DNA of 64,000 nucleotides, from assembly GCF_009914755.1 (NCBI RefSeq), contig NC_060934.1. One strand, written 5' to 3'. Each line of letters opens with the position of its first letter. The first letter of the stretch is position 1. Of this stretch, positions 57,942-64,000 are shown in pieces. Source of the stretch: the human T2T-CHM13v2.0 reference genome, Homo sapiens. Below the pieces are notes generated by a model that was given only the letters and a program-made list of their open reading frames with translations, ran no database searches and was not told the DNA's origin. The position numbers and the translations under genes were made by a program.

Positions 57942-58672
57942 ACAGACACATGTTGGATTCACCACAAAAATCAAACATCAAATATGGAGGAAGTAGATTG
58001 TCTATCACTGGGACAGAGCAGTTTGAAAGGAAACTATCCTCACCAAAAGAATCTAAACCCAAAAGGGTGCCACCAGAAAAGAGCCCTATTATAGAAGCTT
58101 TCATGAAAGGTGTTAAAGAGCACCATGAAGATCATGGTATACATGAGTCACGTCGGCCTTGTCTGTCACTAGCCTCCAAATATTTAGCCAAAGGAACAAA
58201 TATCTATGTTCCTTCTTCATATCACTTGCCAAAGGAGATGAAGTCACTAAAGAAAAAACATCGATCCCCAGAGAGAAGGAAGTCACTATTCATTCATGAA
58301 AATAATGAGAAGAATGATAGAGATCGAGGCAAAACCAATGCAGACTCCAAAAAGCAGACCACAGTGGCAGAAGCTGACATCTTCAATAACAGCTCCAGAA
58401 GCCTTAGCAGCAGGAGCAGCCTGTCCAGGCACCACCCGGAAGAAAGCCCACTGGGAGCTAAATTCCAGTTGTCACTAGCTTCTTACTGCAGAGAACGAGA
58501 ACTAAAGAGGTTGAGAAAGGAGCAAATGGAGCAGAGAATCAACTCCGAGAATTCTTTCTCAGAAGCAAGCAGTCTTTCCTTAAAATCTAGTATAGAAAGA
58601 AAATATAAACCAAGGCAGGAACAAAGGAAACAGAATGACATCATACCTGGAAAAAATAATCTGTCAAATGTG
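57942..58672 (+). CDS. SLF2: SLF2 coding exon 3 ([11 protein letters not shown]...KNNLSNV), 731 nt
   Basis: Core of ORF 57908-58723; acceptor tatttag| with TACTAAC at 57901; donor GTG|GTATGT; cumulative CDS 915 nt = 305 codons (phase 0). Confidence 0.95.
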
Positions 58673-58929
58673 GTATGTGTAAGAATTATTGAATTAGCAT
58701 TGCTACTGCTATGTCATATTTAGAATACTAAATTTAAAAATATTTAAGAGTTGTTACATCACATTGACGTCTTTCCTGAAGGAAATACTTATGCACAGTT
58801 TGTGTAGAAGCTGGTTTCATTACATTTCCTCCAGTTGCCCTTCATCGAACTCAGTAAAGCAGTGTTTCTTATCCTTAGTTTTTTCAGACTGGGAACAAAG
58901 ATCTTTTTTAGTCAGAAAAGTAAGCATTC

Positions 58930-59462
58930 TTTTTTTTTAAGGCAAGTATAGTCTTACTTATTTATGTGTAGACAGTCTTGCTCTGTTGCTCATGCTGGAG
59001 TGCTATGGCGTGATCATGTCTCATTGCAGTCTCAAACTCCTGGGCTCAAATGATGCTCTCACCTCAGCTTCCCAAGTAGTCGAGACTCCAGGTACCTGCC
59101 ACCATATTTGACTAATTTTTGTATTTTTTTGTAGAGACAGGTCTCCCTATACTGCCCAGGCTGGCCTTGAACCCCTGGCCTCAAGCGATCCTCCTGCTTC
59201 CTGTACTTTGGGAGGCCTAGGTGGAAGGATTGCTTGAGCTCAGGAGTTTGAGACCAGCCAGAGCCACATATCGAGACCTTGGCTCTACTACAAATAAATA
59301 AATAAATAAATAACCAGTCATGGTGGCATGTGCCTGTTCTCCTAGCTACTTAGGAGGCTAAGGTGGGAGGCTCGCTTGAGCCCAGGAGATCAAGGTTGCA
59401 GTGAGTTTGATCACACCATTGCACTCCAGCCTGGGTGACAGAGCGAGACCTTGTCTCAAAAA
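58930..59462. mobile_element. Head-to-head inverted Alu pair in SLF2 intron 3
   Basis: Antisense Alu to ~59200 joined directly to a sense Alu starting at actttgggagg; both lack their 5' ends. Confidence 0.88.
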
Positions 59463-59755
59463 TACAGTGTTCTAATATAATATTCTTGAATTATTGATAT
59501 AAACGTAAATCAGCATTTTGAAAACTGACTTCATTTTTATGATATTTTTACATGTTTATGATACAAATGCCCTTAATTTTTATGACAAAAACCTTAAGAT
59601 CTTTAAATATTTTATTATAGACATTAGGATTTACCTCCAAATATGGGTGCTTGCCTTATTCAATCTAGAAATCTGTGTTTAAATGTTAGGAAGAATGCCT
59701 TCACATTCTTTACTGTCCCCAACACTTAATTAATTTTATCTCATTGTGCTCATAG

Positions 59756-59813
59756 GAAAATGGACATCTCTCAAGAAAAAGATCCTCTTCTGATTCATGG
59801 GAACCTACTTCAG
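59756..59813 (+). CDS. SLF2: SLF2 coding exon 4 (ENGHLSRKRSSSDSWEPTS), 58 nt; gene continues past window end
   Basis: Acceptor ctcatag|GAA and donor CAG|GTAGAA; phase-0 start matches the end of exon 3; no stop codons. Confidence 0.9.
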
Positions 59814-59999
59814 GTAGAATCAAAATTAAATTTATGGATTTCTAAATAAATTTCCATTTTAATGGCACTGCTTTTTAAAATAAATTTGTTTAAATATGCA
59901 GTTCCCTTCTTGGGGATGAATTAAGTGTCTCATATTAATTAAGAGTTTGGTAAGATCATATTAAAAAAGACTAGTCCCTGAATCTAGTACTTATAATTT

Positions 60000-60371
60000 G
60001 GGTTTGTTTTTGAGACAGGGTCTTACTCTGTCACCCAGGCTGGGATGCAGTGGCATGATCACGACTCAACTGCAAGCCTTGACCTCCTGGCCTCGAATGA
60101 TTCTCCCACCTCAGCTTCCTGAGTAGCTGGGACTACAGATGTGGGCAACTATGCCTGGTTAATTTCTTGTATTTTTGTAGAGACGAGGTTTCGCCACGTT
60201 GCCCAGGCTGGTCTCAAACTCCTGAGCTCATGAGCCACCACACCTGACCTAGTGCATATAATTTGTAATCTGTCTTGAATCTCTGCCCTCTTCAGGAGTT
60301 CCTAACAGTATGTTTCTCATACTGGTATTCAGTGTTTCCTTCTGAATCCTTGGCTACATCAGGAAACATAA

Positions 60372-60404
<33 letters not shown>

Positions 60405-60684
60405 AGACAGAGTCTCGCTCTGTCGCCCAGGCTGGAGTGCAGTGGTGTAATTTGGCTCATTGCAAGCTCCGCCTCCCGGGTTCACACCATTCTCCTGCCT
60501 CAGCCTCCCAAATATCTGGGACTACAGGCGCCCACCACCATGCCCGACTAATTTTTTGTATTTTTAGTGGAGACGGGGTTTCACCACGTTAGCCAGGATG
60601 GTCTCGATCTCCTGACCTCGTGATCTGCCCACCTCGGCCTCCCAAAGTGCTGGGATTACAGGCATGAGCCACTGCACCGGGCCC
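60000..60684 (-). mobile_element. Two antisense Alus (60000-60250; AluY-like 60374-60684)
   Basis: The second has TSD aggaaacataatctt. Confidence 0.9.
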
Positions 60685-61988
60685 CCAGGAAACATAATCT
60701 TATTATCTTGGAATTGTAGACTGAGTTGTTGGTATTATGTTGAAGATGCTTTGTATAGGGTTGAGACTGTTACCATGATAAAAAGCAGTGTTCTCTAATA
60801 TTTCAAATCCAAGGATCCCTTTTTAATATTAAATTTCAAGGATATCTACATGACATTAGTTTGTACTTTTAGCATTTATTGATTGAAAAAAATATAAAAT
60901 AACAAATCTGTTAATTCAGTACATTTTATCTTTTTTTAAAACTAGAAAATAGAAGATTAAAAAGGCAAACACTGCAGAAGTTTGCAACAAGAAATGAAAG
61001 GTCTCCACAACTAACAACAGTTAATAGTCTAGTGTATCCGATTTTTTTCCTGATGTGACTATACATTTTGAAAAACAAATTCCCACATTCAGTAAGATAC
61101 ATTGGACACGATAATAATAGCTGGCTTTCATTGAGTACTTACTGTGTGCTATGCCATTTTATGTGCTTCTAATTCGTTTGAACCTCATAACTTTATATGA
61201 TAGTGGTTTACTTTTAGAGATGGAAAAGCCAAAGTACAGAGAGTCAGTTCTAATTCCTCCTTCAGGTTTCATCTACTTCATTTTATTTATATTTTAGAGG
61301 TGCATTGCATTTTGACCAAGAACTCTCAACTGGTAAAATCAATCTTCAGCCAAGGCTGAAACCATATTTTACCATTATAGAAGGAACTTCTAGGATACAG
61401 GAATAAATCTAAAGTTTTGTGTGTTTTTTGTTTATTTAATTTTTATAATGTTGCTGATTTTATGACCAAATTTTAGTGAATTTTGACATTATTGTAGAAG
61501 AACAGGAATTTCTCAGCCAGGAGATTGCTTCTGCACTCACTGTATTGCACATTTTTAATACTAAATACATGATCACCTTGCACCAAAGTTAATGGAAGAA
61601 CAAAATATTATTTTATATAAGGGGCTGCTGCTGGTGGTGTGGCTACCACATTATTCCTTTTCTTTTTTCTCTGACTTAAGATTTGAAAAAATCTTTTCAT
61701 TTCCTGGATTTGCAAATTTCATTCATGGTGGCTAAAGTAGTTTCATTTATATAATCCCACCTAGCAAAGTTTTTGAGTACTGCTTGGAAAAGATGCTTTC
61801 TACATATTTTCAGAGGCTGACTTATGATGGTTGCCGTCACTTATATTTTTATTACCAATATTTTTGCATGTGTTTCATAATCACTAATAATTATAGCATT
61901 ATACTCTTAATAAATATACATTTATACTTCAATTGACTAACATCAACAGAATTTCAACATGTAAAGGACAAGGGGATATTTCAATCTA

Positions 61989-62396
<408 letters not shown>

Positions 62397-62594
62397 TCAT
62401 GGTAATGTACATAATCACGCAATCATTAATCACATACAAGTTCAGGGATTTCAGAAGTAATGTTAGACTAGGCATTTAGCCCTTTGGTCTTCTAGAGCCC
62501 TGTCTTTTGGCTGAATTGTGAGGGGAAATTTAATCCATTGCTAGTACATTTCGTAACTGATTAATAACCAATCACCTATTAATGGCCTTTGGAT

Positions 62595-62755
62595 TTTTCC
62601 TTTTTCTTGAGATGGAGTCTCACTGTCTCCTAGGCTGGAGTGCAGTGGTGAGATTGTAGCTCACTTGCAGCACTGAACTCCTGGGCTGAAGCAATCCTCC
62701 TGCCTCAGCCTCCCAAAGTGCTGGGATTACGGGCGTGAGCCACCATGCCCAGCCT
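62595..62755 (-). mobile_element. Alu monomer or internally deleted Alu
   Basis: Antisense Alu fragment. Confidence 0.82.
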
Positions 62756-63449
62756 CCTTTTTTTCTTTTTACAAACTCAATCTCTCTCTTATATGAATAT
62801 TTTATGTATTAGTATATTTGAAATATTTGAAAAACTGTAAAACAAATATTCTCTACAGGCTGACAAAGGATACAAAAAGAATTATGAACATTTTGCAATT
62901 AATCACCTGACCTGAAGAGCTTGCTAAAGGGGATCCTACCTGCAGTACCAATTCACTTTTCTCTAATTCTAGATGATGAAACCCCTTAATAAGCTGACTT
63001 ATCCTAAACATCTTCCACAAACAGTGTTTGTCTCCTCCTGGATCAACCCTGAATAATGCCTGAGCAAAGCAGGAATTTCTCCTCATTTCTAGCTATATTT
63101 AAATTATCTGACTTCTCTAGAAAAATGGAACAAAACTCAAACTGGCAGCTCTGTAGCTCATTTTTTGTAATCCCATACTTAAAAGTAAGATAATGAGCCA
63201 AATCTTCTCTTTTGTTTAGTCATTTAATTTCTCATCCTGTTACCCCTGTCCTTTTTGTAAGACATTTAACCCCAGAAAACTGAATAGGATGGAATGATTT
63301 CCTCAGGTAATGGGAGATATCTGTAAAAGAGCAGAGATAAGGGCATTTGTTAATTAGTTAATTTAATTTTTATAAATTGAATTTTTCAGATTATATATTG
63401 ATCAAGCTATCCAAATAATAATTGCCTCTCAAGTTTGGTTTTGGCGGGT

Positions 63450-63878
63450 TTATTTTATTTTATTTACTCATTTTGATTCAAGGTCTTACTCTGGTGCCCA
63501 GGCTGGAGTGCAATGGCACAATTACAGCTCACTGTAGCCTCACGGGGCTCAAGCAGTCCTCCCACCTGAGCCTCCAAGTAGGTGGGACTACAGGCACATG
63601 CCACTGCACCCGGCTAATTTTTGTATTTTTTGTAGAGACTATTTCACCATGTTGCCTAGGCTGGTCTCAAACTCCTGAGCCCAAGTGATCCTCCCAAAGT
63701 GCTGGGATTACAGGCATGAGCCACTAGACATGGCCAAAAGATAAGAAATTTTCTAACTAGAGAAGGGATTGACGGGGTTGTACTTTTCGCAGAGGCAGGG
63801 TTTCACCTGAGCTCACGAACTCCCACCTTGGCCTCCCAAAGTTGTGGTATTACAGGCATGAGCCACTGTGCCCAGCCA
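63450..63878 (-). mobile_element. Alu plus a further Alu fragment
   Basis: Antisense Alu 63450-63735 and a partial left arm 63790-63878. Confidence 0.85.
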
Positions 63879-64000
63879 TTTTAGGTTTTTAAAGCAACTC
63901 TTGGGGAATGGAGACATCTGTCCATGTGCAGAAAATTTGATTTAGGGAAATCTGGTTTGGGGAATACTGATTGCACAAATAGTGAATTTTTTGTGTTTTT

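Noticed and set aside
57908-58723. 271-aa ORF as a stand-alone gene
   Set aside because: It is SLF2 exon 3 plus in-frame intronic flanks; the true boundaries are 57942-58672.
62972-63063. Possible intronic C/D-box snoRNA (ATGATGA ... CTGA)
   Set aside because: No terminal stem and no rRNA/snRNA guide that I can recognise; such short boxes arise by chance. A snoscan or Infernal run would settle it.

Overview
Human (primate) genomic DNA. The right end holds the CpG-island promoter and first four coding exons of SLF2 (FAM178A/C10orf6, SMC5/6 localisation factor 2) on the + strand; the gene continues beyond the window. From memory, SLF2 lies on 10q24 downstream of PAX2, so the ~54 kb to the left should be the gene-free PAX2-SLF2 interval. 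About 1-33 kb is GC-rich, L1-poor and studded with AT-rich, homeobox-motif-dense islands that look like developmental enhancers. About 33-53 kb is AT-rich and dense in Alu/L1/MIR/DNA-transposon relics. Almost all ORFs in the supplied track are spurious. I found no new protein-coding system. The notable unexplained structures are: (1) a pair of paralogous ~165-bp enhancer-like elements 4.6 kb apart; (2) a ~185-bp inverted repeat of apparently unique DNA with an adjacent 28-bp templated copy; (3) a second inverted duplication of an old L1 fragment with similar divergence; (4) two uORFs overlapping the SLF2 start codon; (5) a PIP-box-like motif encoded by the 44-nt exon 2; (6) a nested Y3 RNA retrocopy. 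Identities were counted by hand, and repeat subfamily names are recognition from memory.
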